The position numbers were made by a program, and so were the translations under genes. DNA of 64,000 bases, taken from contig CAXXUO010000004.1 in NCBI GenBank assembly GCA_963666485.2, positions 192,001-256,000 of the forward strand, written 5' to 3'. The notes beneath the pieces are model-generated. The model made no database searches and was not told the DNA's origin. It saw only the letters and a program-made list of their open reading frames with translations. Below are positions 18,770 to 29,039 of the stretch, piece by piece; the stretch's first letter is position 1, and every line of letters begins with the position of its first letter. The DNA comes from Syntrophorhabdaceae bacterium (GTDB lineage: Bacteria > Desulfobacterota > Syntrophorhabdia > Syntrophorhabdales > Syntrophorhabdaceae).

Positions 18770-19264
18770 TTAATGGCTGCATCCCCCGATGGAATTCGCC
18801 CCGCATTTCCTGCCATCAGTCCACTTTGCATTGTTAAATTTAGCCCTGGTTAAATCGGCACCCGTGAGGTTGGCACCGGTCAGATCTGCCCCGGTAAAAT
18901 CACTGTCTCTCAAATCGGCGTTGCTTAAATCGGCCTTGATAAATATAGCTTGATTAAACTTAGACGATATCATTGTTGCAGATTTCAGTTTCGCACCCTC
19001 AAATGTCGCTTGAATAGCAGTGGCTTTAACTAAGCATGCCATGTTAAGTGAGGCCCCTTTAAAGGAAGCCTGGCTTATGTCTGCCACACACAGCGCAGCG
19101 CCGTCGAGTACGAGATTATCAAAATTGCACTTATTCAGTCCACACCCCACGCAGGCCTTCGTGCTTCGAAAGGTGGAGCAGTCGGCCCGGGATGTATCCG
19201 CAGCTGCAAATATTCCGCACATCATCGCGGCCAGGCACAGCACAAATATCACGATCTTTTCCAT
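18770..19264 (-). CDS. Exported pentapeptide-repeat protein
   Basis: RBS ggagg, signal peptide, A(D/N)LxG repeats, Cys-rich caps (CVGC; WTDGRKC..SIGGC). Confidence 0.88.
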   Translation of the reverse strand: MEKIVIFVLCLAAMMCGIFAAADTSRADCSTFRSTKACVGCGLNKCNFDNLVLDGAALCVADISQASFKGASLNMACLVKATAIQATFEGAKLKSATMISSKFNQAIFIKADLSNADLRDSDFTGADLTGANLTGADLTRAKFNNAKWTDGRKCGANSIGGCSH

Positions 19265-19655
19265 ATCATCCTCCGTCTTTTTTGGGCTTTTTGCCGGTGT
19301 TGCATTCTGAGACAGTAATTGATTAACACACATCCGGAATTTAAGGAATACGAAATTGGCCGCGGTTTACAGGCAATAGGAAAAGCCCCTGTGACTCTGA
19401 TACGGGCGATCTTCATCGGATACTCAAAAACCATCCCGGTCTTGCACGCGGGAAAGCACCGGGGATGATCAAGAACTACGGGTTATGGTAACTCCCGGAT
19501 CGGTCCCCTGGAGTCCGGTCCGTCAAAAATGCTTGGAACATCCCGGTCGTTGTGCTACCGTAAAATAAAACGTACCGATCGGGCCTCATGCGCTGTACCC
19601 GCACCCGCAGTATAGGCGGGCCGCATGAACGCCACATTAAAGAAGGAGGAACATC

Positions 19656-19832
19656 ATGGCGCTCGATAAGCAGGAAAGAGACCTTATCGTTCAACTCGTC
19701 GCTTCAAACCTCACCGTCGCGGGATACATCCGGGATGCACTGATCGAAAAAGGCGGCGAACCCGGCGTGAAGACCCAGGACGACGTTTTGGAAAGATACC
19801 GCGAATTCGTTAAAATATTGTTGGGAAAATGA
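19656..19832 (+). CDS. Small hypothetical protein (58 aa)
   Basis: Strong RBS aaggagga; MALDKQERDLIVQLVASNLTVAGYIRDALIEKGGEPGVKTQDDVLERYREFVKILLGK; below ORF-track cutoff. Confidence 0.7.
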   Translation: MALDKQERDLIVQLVASNLTVAGYIRDALIEKGGEPGVKTQDDVLERYREFVKILLGK

Positions 19833-19860
19833 GGGACTGTGCATAGTCGCCCTCAAAGAG

Positions 19861-20478
19861 CTACTGTTTCAGATTATTGATCCTCTTCTTGAGCATGTTA
19901 TAGTAGGATTTGACCCGTTGGATGTACGTGTGTGTCTCGGCGTAAGGCGGGATGTTCATATTGTATTCCCTGACCCGTTGAGGCCCCGCGTTATATGCCG
20001 CCAGCATCAGGTCGAGGTCGCCCCCGAACGTGTCGCGTAAATATTTCAGGTATTTCGTCCCTCCGCTGATATTATCTTCCGGGTCCAGGGGATTTTCGAC
20101 CTTCATCAATTTTGCCGTGTCCGGCATCAACTGCATGAGCCCCTGCGCACCCTTGTGGGACACGGCGTTGGGATTGAAGTTAGATTCAGCCTTCATGACC
20201 GCCTTGACAAGCGATGCATCGATCCCGTGCGCGTTCGCGTGATATTTAATGATTGTGTCATATGTCGTTACGTCGAAGGCCCCTTTGCGGACATGCTTTA
20301 TCCGTTCCAACCCGACGACGCGGAACTTCTTGCTAACGGGGAGAATATTGGTGTAGTAAGTTATGCCGCTGCTGTCCGCGTACGTGTATACTTGCGAATA
20401 CGCCACCGCTGGGAAAACGCTCAACACAAACGTGAATATGCATCCTAAAATTGCTGCTGCGGCAACCGTTTCCCTCAT
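19861..20478 (-). CDS. Soluble lytic transglycosylase (SLT domain)
   Basis: AESNFNPNAVS, GLMQLMP, AAYNAG, ET..Y motifs; signal peptide. Confidence 0.93.
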   Translation of the reverse strand: MRETVAAAAILGCIFTFVLSVFPAVAYSQVYTYADSSGITYYTNILPVSKKFRVVGLERIKHVRKGAFDVTTYDTIIKYHANAHGIDASLVKAVMKAESNFNPNAVSHKGAQGLMQLMPDTAKLMKVENPLDPEDNISGGTKYLKYLRDTFGGDLDLMLAAYNAGPQRVREYNMNIPPYAETHTYIQRVKSYYNMLKKRINNLKQ

Positions 20479-20735
20479 GGAGCCTTCCGTGACCTCATTG
20501 CTGCCCTCTCCAGGTCGACGTCACATATTTTCGCGATGATGACGATTGCTCCGTTGACACCGTTATCGCCATACCTCATGTTCGCAACGTCCGTCTTATT
20601 ATTACCTAATTCACAACCCGGTTTGTGTCTGTCATCAAATCAACTAATATTTGGCACCATTTTCGACTACGGAGATTGTCAACATTCTTCCGACAGACCT
20701 TCAATGGAGCGTCTGCAGCCTGTTTGTCCCGCGCC

Positions 20736-21746
20736 TCAGTACCCTTCCAGGCGCAAATTCGTGAATATCATCGCGCAGGTCGCTATGATGGCGAAAAGAA
20801 GGTAAAAGAGGATCGATGCGAGGGTCAGCCGCCTCGCGATTGCCGGCAGGTAACCCTGAAGGCTGGGAACGTTCCGGGCGTGCAGGAGCGCCCCGACAGA
20901 GGCGCCGCTCACGACGCCGCCGGCCAGGGTCGCATAGAGGAAGTAGCCTGCGTAATAATAGTCCTTCTGGAGGATACAGAACGGACAGTGGTGGGTTGGC
21001 AGTTGATAGAAATAGAGCGAGATGAACGAGATAAGGGCTGAAACCGCCACGATAAAAGTGATGATGCTCGTGGACGAAAAGAAATAGCCCGTCGCGGGTC
21101 TGCCCCGGCGGTAATACAGAGTCCCGGATATCCCCGTCAGGACAACTGCCGCGTACAGGAGGACCTTCATGGGCGCGGTCGGAAGGGTCGAAATGAAAAG
21201 CGACCCAATGCCCCTCCCCTCCGGGCTGAACAGGCTCCCGCAGCAGGAAGTGATGACATGCGCGTCCAGATTGAGAAAGAACGCCGTTTGAAACACCGTT
21301 TCGCAAAGGATCAACGGTACCGCGGCGAGAAGGAACGCATATTTCTTCTTTATCAGCGGATAATCGACGGCCCGGTTATCGGCATAGTTCACGATGAGCC
21401 AGACCCCGCCGAGGATAAAATTGACGATCTTGAAAACGAGCGCCGGATACCCAAAACCGTTCATGTTCAGGGTACCCGCCGCGCACATGGCGCCGATAAA
21501 AAGACCGCTCAGTTTATCGGCGGTAAAGATGAACAGGAGAAGGGAAAAGAGCTGGAAGCCGAACGTATAGCCCATAATCGTCGAGATAAGGTATGTCTTT
21601 CTCTCGAGGTTCAGTTGACGTTCGCTGCCGTCCTTGAGGTCCCAGTGCCTCAAAATGCTCATGCCGTAGAAAGCGGCATACAAGACCATGGAACTCACGA
21701 GGAACGAACCAAGGAAAAGGGCGATTATGGCGGGCTGCATGATCAT
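20736..21746 (-). CDS. Multi-TM membrane protein with Cys/His motifs
   Basis: About 8 hydrophobic segments; MCAAG, TSCCG, HHCPFC; overlaps the ABC ATPase stop. Confidence 0.8.
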   Translation of the reverse strand: MIMQPAIIALFLGSFLVSSMVLYAAFYGMSILRHWDLKDGSERQLNLERKTYLISTIMGYTFGFQLFSLLLFIFTADKLSGLFIGAMCAAGTLNMNGFGYPALVFKIVNFILGGVWLIVNYADNRAVDYPLIKKKYAFLLAAVPLILCETVFQTAFFLNLDAHVITSCCGSLFSPEGRGIGSLFISTLPTAPMKVLLYAAVVLTGISGTLYYRRGRPATGYFFSSTSIITFIVAVSALISFISLYFYQLPTHHCPFCILQKDYYYAGYFLYATLAGGVVSGASVGALLHARNVPSLQGYLPAIARRLTLASILFYLLFAIIATCAMIFTNLRLEGY

Positions 21747-22432
21747 GGGTTTGTTTCAGCCGCCGACAAAACCCTGCCGTCGCGGAACTCCATCACCTTG
21801 TTCACTGCCGCCGACTCGTAAACGAGAGGATCGTGGCCCGCGATCAGGACGGTCTTCCCTTGCCGGTTGAGATTTGCCATGATCCCGATAAATTCATTCG
21901 ACAGTTTCGTATCCAGGTGTGCGGTAGGCTCGTCGGCAATGATGATCTGCGGATCGTTGATCAACGCCCGCGCGATCGTCACGCGCTGGGCCTCCCCGCC
22001 GGACAGCCATTCCACTTTGGACGCCGCCTTATGGGACATATTGAAGAGGTCGAGAAGGCCGAGGGCCCGTCTCTTGAGTTGTGCATGATGCTCTCCGTTG
22101 GGATATGCGGGTATCATGACATTCTCGAGGGCCGTTATGCCTTTGATGAGGTTGTAGTGCTGAAAGATGAATCCAAAGGTCCTGCGGCGTATTTCCGTGA
22201 GAAATCGCTCCGGAAGGCTTGTTATCTCGCGGTTGAGGACCTGAACCCTCCCCGTCGTCGGTTTCGTCATGGCGCCTATGATGCTGAGGAGGGTCGTTTT
22301 CCCTGAGCCGCTCGGCCCCTTCAGGACCGTGATCAGGTTGGGGGCTATGGTGAGACTGATATCGTCGAGGGCCAGAAACTCGTTCGAGTTGCCCTTGTGA
22401 AAGATCTTTGTCACATGCATGAGCTCGATCAT
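21743..22432 (-). CDS. ABC transporter ATP-binding protein (LolD/MacB-like)
   Basis: GPSGSGKT, LSGGE, ADEPT, H-loop. Confidence 0.95.
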   Translation of the reverse strand: MIELMHVTKIFHKGNSNEFLALDDISLTIAPNLITVLKGPSGSGKTTLLSIIGAMTKPTTGRVQVLNREITSLPERFLTEIRRRTFGFIFQHYNLIKGITALENVMIPAYPNGEHHAQLKRRALGLLDLFNMSHKAASKVEWLSGGEAQRVTIARALINDPQIIIADEPTAHLDTKLSNEFIGIMANLNRQGKTVLIAGHDPLVYESAAVNKVMEFRDGRVLSAAETNP

Positions 22433-22436
22433 CGGT

Positions 22437-23576
22437 CTAGAGTCTCATTACTTCGTCAGGGTCCACGATCGCCGCCTTCCAGGAAGGTATGATAGTGGCC
22501 GCCATATAGGGGACAACCGCAAGGAAGAACAATGCCGCTATCTGGTAAAGTTCTACGTGAGGGACGAGGTGGAAACGGGGGTAGAGCACCGACCACCCCT
22601 TGAGGACCGGTTCAAAGAGAATGTACGAGGCAAAAAAGACGTGGAGGTACGCAAGGAGGGTCCCCATCAAAAATGCAAAGACAGAGACCGTCACGCCCTC
22701 CCAGAATTTCATGGTTATAACTTCCGACGTCTCCCATCCGACGGCCTTCAGTATGCCGATCTCCCTCTTCTCCTCGGCGCTTAAGCCCGACGCCTTGTCC
22801 CAGGCAAGGATCACGAAAGAAAGCAGCGCCCCGAGAAAAATAGCGATCATGATGCCCTGGCGCCAGTTGAAAACGGCCTCGTAGGTCCTGAGTATTTCGT
22901 CCCTGATGATCGGCCGTGTGCCGGGCAGGATTTCCGCGATCTTGGCAGCTATGGTTGTGAGTTCCCTCGGGTTGCGGACACTGACCGTGAGGTCGGTGGC
23001 ATAGCCGTCGGGGATCCCGAACAGCTGCCTGAAATCCCCTTCCCTCATGAGGATCAGGTCGGATGAAATGATCTCGTATTCCGCCGGCAATATGCCTGCT
23101 ACCGTGAGGTTCATGGCGGCGCCGTCGGATCTCGTAAACCACATCGTGTCGCCCTTCCCGATTCCGTGAGTGCGGGCAACCCCTGCCCCGATCATGATGT
23201 TGCCTTCCGGGTGGCCAAACCCTCGGGGTGCCATGACCGTGTAGTTCACCTTGGCGGAGGTATAGAAATAATAGCCCCAGAGCCGCGCTTTTACGCCCGC
23301 CACCCCCCTTACCGCCGAGAGGCTGTCGGCATGCGCGACCGGGATCAATTCATGTCTGCCCGCTACCATTCTCTGAACGACTATTTCCGGGGCATCTTTC
23401 AGTATGAAGGCAGCCCCGCGTTTCAGTGAATCAGCGAAGAACATCACCGATGCAAGAACAAAGACGATCATCGTGCAGACCATGATGAGTGCGATGTTCT
23501 TCCATTTCCTGCGCCAGAGCGAGGACAGGGTGAAATCGATAATGTTCTTCTGCTTTTCAATCAGGCTTTTTTTCAT
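22437..23576 (-). CDS. ABC transporter permease (FtsX/MacB/LolCE-like)
   Basis: 1 TM, periplasmic domain, 3 TM; REIGILKAVGW motif. Confidence 0.92.
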   Translation of the reverse strand: MKKSLIEKQKNIIDFTLSSLWRRKWKNIALIMVCTMIVFVLASVMFFADSLKRGAAFILKDAPEIVVQRMVAGRHELIPVAHADSLSAVRGVAGVKARLWGYYFYTSAKVNYTVMAPRGFGHPEGNIMIGAGVARTHGIGKGDTMWFTRSDGAAMNLTVAGILPAEYEIISSDLILMREGDFRQLFGIPDGYATDLTVSVRNPRELTTIAAKIAEILPGTRPIIRDEILRTYEAVFNWRQGIMIAIFLGALLSFVILAWDKASGLSAEEKREIGILKAVGWETSEVITMKFWEGVTVSVFAFLMGTLLAYLHVFFASYILFEPVLKGWSVLYPRFHLVPHVELYQIAALFFLAVVPYMAATIIPSWKAAIVDPDEVMRL

Positions 23577-23877
23577 AACTCCCTGTAAGCGTCACCGGTG
23601 GTGAAACAAGCGACCCCGAAGGGAAGTGCTCCAGGGCACCCGGGTGGTCCTGGAAGGGTGTGTGCAGATCGGTCTGGGACAGGTGCCTCACGTACCGGGC
23701 ATCTGTGAAGAGGCAAAGGTCTGTGATTTGCAACACACCCGCCATCATCCTCATGCCGTCGAACACCTCCGCGTCTTTTCTTTGCTTTAAGGCAGCGTGA
23801 ACGAACATCCCGCAAAAAAACAGGAGTACGATCGAGGCAGATATAAGATAGGCAGACGATCTTCTCACCCTTGTCAA
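23557..23877 (-). CDS. Small membrane-anchored hypothetical protein
   Basis: RBS gaggagg then TTG; TM segment; TDLCLFTDARYVRH..D..PFQDHPG..EHFPSGS. Confidence 0.7.
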   Translation of the reverse strand: MTRVRRSSAYLISASIVLLFFCGMFVHAALKQRKDAEVFDGMRMMAGVLQITDLCLFTDARYVRHLSQTDLHTPFQDHPGALEHFPSGSLVSPPVTLTGSYEKKPD

Positions 23878-23884
23878 CCCTCCT

Positions 23885-24247
23885 CTATTTTGGTGCGGCC
23901 TTCTTGCCGGCCGCTTTCTTTGCGGTATATTTCTTTCCATCGATCGTCTCGATGAAGAAGAATTCCGCCCCCTTGTCATCTGTATGTCCCTGAATGGTCA
24001 GGGGATCGCCCTTATCCTTGAGCTTCTTCAGCACTGCCTTATTTTGATTGACGATGAAAAACTCCCCGCCCGGTTCCTGGCCCTGTATGAAATAACCGCC
24101 GAGACGCTCGTTAAAACCGATGGTGCCCTTGATCGTTTCCTTCTCCGCTTTTGCAGGATCCACACACTGGGCCTCGAGAATATGCCCTGTCATGAACCCC
24201 AGGAACAGTAAAGATAGAACAATGATCTGTATCGCTCCCTTTTTCAT
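23885..24247 (-). CDS. Exported hypothetical protein
   Basis: RBS ggagg, signal peptide, Lys/Ala-rich tail. Confidence 0.75.
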   Translation of the reverse strand: MKKGAIQIIVLSLLFLGFMTGHILEAQCVDPAKAEKETIKGTIGFNERLGGYFIQGQEPGGEFFIVNQNKAVLKKLKDKGDPLTIQGHTDDKGAEFFFIETIDGKKYTAKKAAGKKAAPK

Positions 24248-24248
24248 T

Positions 24249-27200
24249 TCAGCTACCTCCGTGCGATATGTTTATTTCCCGTTCTCTCCTCAACTCAAAA
24301 TTCCATTTCCAGATCTGAAATATCGGCGGGTAAACAACCAGCTCCAACAGGAAGGATGTGAGGATACCTCCGACCATGGGCGCCGCGATGCGCTTCATCA
24401 CGTCTGCCCCCGCGCCCATCGACCAGAGTATCGGTATGAGTCCCACGAACATAGTTGTCATGGTCATGAACTTGGGCCGCAGCCTCTTCACCGCCCCGTA
24501 GCGGATGACCTCCTGCAGGTCCGCAAGAGACTTTAGCCTCCCCTCCTTCTTCGCCTGCCCGTAGGCCAGGTCGAGGTAGAGGAGCATGAAAACGCCTGTC
24601 TCCGCGTCAACCCCGAGAAGCGCGATAAGCCCCACCCAGACGGCGATGCTCATGTTGTAACCGAGGAGGTAAAGGAACCAGAAGGCGCCGACCGCGGAAA
24701 AAGGCACCGCAAGGAGAATGATGAATGTCTTGGTGAGAGAACGCGTATTGAGCCACAGAAGGATGCAGATAAGGAAGAGCGTGATGGGCACCACTACCTT
24801 CAGCCGTTCTTTGGTTCGTTCCATGCCCTCGTACTGGCCACTCCACGAGATCGTATAGCCCGCCGGCGGTTTGATCCTGTCGTTCAGAAGCCGTGAGGCC
24901 TCGTCGATGTACCCCTTAGGATCGCGCCCTTCGGTGTCCACATAGACGTAGCCGGTCAGAAGGCCGTCTTCGTTGCGGATCATGGACGGCCCGCTGGCGG
25001 CGCTGATGGCGGCAAGTTCGGACAGAGGGATCTGCTTCTGTCCGTCCGGGACCGAAACGAGCACGCGGCCAAGTGCATCTATGTCCTGCCTGAAGTCGCG
25101 CTTGTACCGCACGTTCACGGGGTACCGTTCCCGTCCCTCGATAGTGGTGGTCACGATCTCCCCGCCTATCGCCCGTGCCACTATGTCCTGCACCTCCTCC
25201 ATGCTCAGGTTGTAGCGGGCAAGTTCCGTGCGGTCCCACGTGAAATCGAGAAAACTCCCCGACCCCGTGCGTTCCGCGAAGACGCTGCGTGTCCCTTTGA
25301 CCTGTGGCAGCACGCCCTCGACCTGGGCCCCGATCTGTTCGATCACAGCCAGGTCCGGCCCTGAGATCTTGAGGCCGACGGGCGTCCGGATACCGGTGCT
25401 GAGCATTTCGATGCGGCCCTTGATGGGCATGGTCCAGCCCGCGGCCAACCCGGGCAATTTCAGGGCCTCGTTCATCTCGCCGATGAGTTGCTCTTGCGAG
25501 ATGCGGTCCGGTGTTATGTGCCGGAAGATCGCCGCCGCAAAGCCGGGGGCCCATGATGAATACCATGTGTCAACCGGGCGCCACTCTTTTTTCGGTTTCA
25601 GAATGATCACCGTTTCGAGCATAGAGAGCGGCGCCGGGTCCGTGGAGGTATTCGCGCGCCCCGCCTTGCCGAGCACGGTCTTGACCTCAGGAAACTGTTT
25701 GATGACCCGATCCGTCACCTGCAGGAGCTTCTGGGCCTCCGTAATGGAGATGCCCGGCATGGTGGAGGGCATGTAAAGAATGGACCCCTCCTCCAGGGGA
25801 GGCATGAACTCAGAACCAAGCTTCATGTAGACCGGGACCGTGACGATCACGAGGCCGAGGGCGCCCGCGATGACCCCCCACTTCCATCGCAGTGCCCATG
25901 TGACCACCGGTTCGTAGAAGCGGATGAGGAAGCGGCTGACGGGGTGCTTCTCCTCGGAGTGGATGGTCCCCACGAGTGCCGCGTTCGTCACCCGGCACAA
26001 GAGGCGCGGTTTGAAGGTAAAAGGGACCATGCGCGTAAAAATTACACGCAGGGCCGGGTCGAGGGTGATCGTCAGCACCGCGGCGATGATCATGGACAGG
26101 TTCTTCGTGTAGGCAAGCGGCTTGAACAGGCGCCCTTCCTGGGCCTCCAGGGCGAGGACGGGTATAAAGGAGACGCCGATGACGAGAAGCGCAAAGAAGC
26201 TCGGGCCGGCCACCTGCTTGATGGCATTCACGACCACCGTGCGGTAATCCTCCCGGCTGCCTGTCGACTTCCATTGCTCGAGGTTCTTATGCACCTGCTC
26301 GACGACGACGATGGCCGCGTCGACAAGTGCACCGATAGCGATAGCGATGCCTCCCAGGGACATGATATTGGCGGTGATCCCCATCATCCTGAAGGGGATG
26401 AAGGAAAGGAGGACCACCACCGGTATCGTAATCAAGGGGATGACGGCGCTGGGGATATGCCAGAGGAAGAGCAGAATGATGAGGGCGACCGTGATGATAA
26501 CTTCCGCAAGCGTCGACTTCAGGTTGTCAATGGCCCGGCGGATCAGGTCGGAGCGGTCGTAAATAGGAAGGATCGTGACGCCTTTAGGCAGACCTGGCTT
26601 GATCTCCTCGATCTTCTTCTTGACACGATCGATCACCTCAAGCGCATTCTGGCCCTGGCGCATGATGACGATCCCCGAGACCACCTCCCCTTTTCCGTCG
26701 AGATCGGAGGCTCCCCGGCGAAGATCAGGACCTTTCACCACCGTTCCTACGTCTTTGACACGGATGGGTGTGCCCCCCTCACCGGAAGCGACGACGATCT
26801 CTTCGAAATCTTTCACCGAGCGGGCATAACCGCGGCCGCGCACCATGTACTCCGTACCGCCAAATTCGATGAGGCGCCCGCCGGTTTCCGTGTTGCCGCT
26901 CCGTACCGCTTCTACAACCTTCGCTATAGGCAGGCCAAAGGACTTCAGGCGGTTCGGGTCGACATTGACCTGGTACTGTTTACCGAAACCACCAAAAGTC
27001 GCCACCTCGGCTACACCGGGGACCGCCTTGAGATAGTAGCGCAGGTACCAGTCCTGGTATGAGCGCAAATCGGCGAGGCTCCGCATGCCCGATTCATCGG
27101 TCAGGGCATACTGGAAGACCCAGCCGAGGGCCGTGGCATCAGGCCCTATTTCCGTGCGCACGCCCCGGGGAAGGCCCGGAAGCACGGACGAGAGGTATTC

Positions 27201-27530
27201 CTGCGTACGCGAGCGCGCCCAGTAAATATCCGTCCCGTCCTCGAAGATGATGTAGACGTAGGAGTAGCCGAAATCGGAGAAGCCGCGGACAGCCTTCACA
27301 CGGGGGGCGCCGAGCATGGCCGTCACGATGGGGTAGGTCACCTGCTCTTCAATGATGTCGGGACTCCGGTCCCATTGCGAGTAAATGATGACCTGCGTGT
27401 CCGAAAGGTCGGGAACGGCGTCGAGGGCCACGTGATTCATCGACCACCAGCCCGCGAGGCAGGCGGCGGCCACCATGGCGAGAACGAAGAATTTGTTGTT
27501 TACGGAAAAATCGATGATCCGGTTAATCAT
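24249..27530 (-). CDS. cusA: CusA-type heavy-metal RND efflux transporter
   Basis: DAVPDLSDTQV, GPDATALGWV, LYMP, PAPLSMLET, RIEMLSTG, RLRPKFMT. Confidence 0.93.
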   Translation of the reverse strand: MINRIIDFSVNNKFFVLAMVAAACLAGWWSMNHVALDAVPDLSDTQVIIYSQWDRSPDIIEEQVTYPIVTAMLGAPRVKAVRGFSDFGYSYVYIIFEDGTDIYWARSRTQEYLSSVLPGLPRGVRTEIGPDATALGWVFQYALTDESGMRSLADLRSYQDWYLRYYLKAVPGVAEVATFGGFGKQYQVNVDPNRLKSFGLPIAKVVEAVRSGNTETGGRLIEFGGTEYMVRGRGYARSVKDFEEIVVASGEGGTPIRVKDVGTVVKGPDLRRGASDLDGKGEVVSGIVIMRQGQNALEVIDRVKKKIEEIKPGLPKGVTILPIYDRSDLIRRAIDNLKSTLAEVIITVALIILLFLWHIPSAVIPLITIPVVVLLSFIPFRMMGITANIMSLGGIAIAIGALVDAAIVVVEQVHKNLEQWKSTGSREDYRTVVVNAIKQVAGPSFFALLVIGVSFIPVLALEAQEGRLFKPLAYTKNLSMIIAAVLTITLDPALRVIFTRMVPFTFKPRLLCRVTNAALVGTIHSEEKHPVSRFLIRFYEPVVTWALRWKWGVIAGALGLVIVTVPVYMKLGSEFMPPLEEGSILYMPSTMPGISITEAQKLLQVTDRVIKQFPEVKTVLGKAGRANTSTDPAPLSMLETVIILKPKKEWRPVDTWYSSWAPGFAAAIFRHITPDRISQEQLIGEMNEALKLPGLAAGWTMPIKGRIEMLSTGIRTPVGLKISGPDLAVIEQIGAQVEGVLPQVKGTRSVFAERTGSGSFLDFTWDRTELARYNLSMEEVQDIVARAIGGEIVTTTIEGRERYPVNVRYKRDFRQDIDALGRVLVSVPDGQKQIPLSELAAISAASGPSMIRNEDGLLTGYVYVDTEGRDPKGYIDEASRLLNDRIKPPAGYTISWSGQYEGMERTKERLKVVVPITLFLICILLWLNTRSLTKTFIILLAVPFSAVGAFWFLYLLGYNMSIAVWVGLIALLGVDAETGVFMLLYLDLAYGQAKKEGRLKSLADLQEVIRYGAVKRLRPKFMTMTTMFVGLIPILWSMGAGADVMKRIAAPMVGGILTSFLLELVVYPPIFQIWKWNFELRREREINISHGGS

Positions 27531-27536
27531 GGGCGG

Positions 27537-28922
27537 TCACCGGACATTTCCAGCACCGGGAACCGGAGGAACAGGCGCCAAAGTCTTGACAGTTCTATCG
27601 GGGCGGCCTGGCTCGTCCTTCACCGGCTGCCCGTTCCCCTCCGGCCGAGCGGGGGCCGGGGACATGCCTGCAGCCGCCTTCTTCATCCTGCTCTCCGAAT
27701 CGATGAGAAAGTTGCCCGATACAACGATCTGGTCGCCTTCCGTCAGGCCCTTCGTGATCTCGACCCGGTCGCCCAGGCGCCAGCCCGTCTCTACCTCGCG
27801 GGGCTCGAAAAACCCGTTGCCCCGGTCGACAAAGACGATCTTCCTAAGGCCGGAATCGAGGACCGCATCGGCCGGGACCGCAAGGGCAGGCGGCAGCGTG
27901 ACCGAAAACTCAACATCCACGAACATGTCGGGCCGGAGCAGGTAGCCGGGGTTATCGACCACCATGCCCACCTTCAGCGTCCTCGAGTTCGGGTCGAACC
28001 TCGGCAAAACCTTGCTCACCTCTGTGTCGTACAATCGTGTCTGGTGGGGCACCCTGACCCGGACTTTCGTCCCCGGCTTCACGTAATCCATCTCGTTGCG
28101 GAAAAGATCGGCAAGGACCCATACCTTGCCGAGATCGGCGATGCGAAAGAGTTCTTTCCCCTTATCGATGCGTTCGCCGGGCGTAATCGCCCGGAGGAGG
28201 ACGAAGCCGTCACTCGGTGAGATGATGTCTATCTCCTCACTATACTGACGGGTCCGCGCGATCTTCTCCAACTGGGCGTCTCCCATGCCCAGATTTCTTA
28301 ACGCTTCCCGGTTCTGCCGGATGGTATTGCGCGACACCTCGAGCTGCGCCTGCGTCTCTTTGCCGGTGCTCTGAAAACGATCCAGCGCCCCGAGGGAGTA
28401 AAGGTAGGCCTGTTCCGGCCCGATGAACTCAGGGGCGTAGAAGGATCCCAGCTTTTCGTTCTTCTTTACCAGACTCCCTACCCTGACGGGCATGACCTTT
28501 ACGATCCATCCGTCAATGGCCGCGTTGAGACGGTACGTCCTTGTTTCATCTGCTTCGACCTTACCGGTCGTCCGGAGTTCGCGATGCGTGGGAGTCCTTT
28601 CGACCCGACCGGTCCTGACCCCGATCAACTGCTGTTTTTCGGGCGTGACGCGAACCGTCCCCGGCGGATATGCCTCAGGCACCCCGTTGGGAACCGGCGC
28701 AGCCCCCGCATCAGCATAGATGGGCTCCATCTTCATGCCGCAGGGCGCGACACCCGGCTTGTCAGAGGTGTGGCCGGGGTTCATGGGGTCGACGTAGTAG
28801 AGGACGCGGCGTCCACGCGGCGGATCCTCCGTGGTGCCGCCACGGTGGCCGAAAAACGAACCCGTAATAAAGGCCGCGATCAACAGCACTGCGAGAAAGA
28901 TCCAGAAAAACAATTTCCGCAT
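27537..28922 (-). CDS. cusB: CusB-like efflux membrane fusion protein
   Basis: YYVDPMNP..SDKPG.APCGM metal-binding segment; SGNFLIDSES; adjacent to cusA. Confidence 0.9.
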   Translation of the reverse strand: MRKLFFWIFLAVLLIAAFITGSFFGHRGGTTEDPPRGRRVLYYVDPMNPGHTSDKPGVAPCGMKMEPIYADAGAAPVPNGVPEAYPPGTVRVTPEKQQLIGVRTGRVERTPTHRELRTTGKVEADETRTYRLNAAIDGWIVKVMPVRVGSLVKKNEKLGSFYAPEFIGPEQAYLYSLGALDRFQSTGKETQAQLEVSRNTIRQNREALRNLGMGDAQLEKIARTRQYSEEIDIISPSDGFVLLRAITPGERIDKGKELFRIADLGKVWVLADLFRNEMDYVKPGTKVRVRVPHQTRLYDTEVSKVLPRFDPNSRTLKVGMVVDNPGYLLRPDMFVDVEFSVTLPPALAVPADAVLDSGLRKIVFVDRGNGFFEPREVETGWRLGDRVEITKGLTEGDQIVVSGNFLIDSESRMKKAAAGMSPAPARPEGNGQPVKDEPGRPDRTVKTLAPVPPVPGAGNVR

Positions 28923-28981
28923 ACTTTAACTCCGTACTTCTGATTCGTTACCGACACCGATGACCCACGCACTTCATATCC

Positions 28982-29018
28982 AAAAAGAAGCCCCGCACGT
29001 GGTCATGCGAGGCTTCTT
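28982..29018 (-). terminator. Intrinsic terminator after the multicopper oxidase gene
   Basis: aagaagcc(c)cgca...tgcgaggcttctt stem followed by a U-run on the minus strand. Confidence 0.65.
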
Positions 29019-29039
29019 CGCTGCTGCAAGGTCACCTCA

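Noticed and set aside
20475..20640. Minus-strand peptide …MRYGDNGVNGAIVIIAK resembling a TonB-receptor plug motif
   Set aside because: Very short, no RBS or supporting context; may be chance
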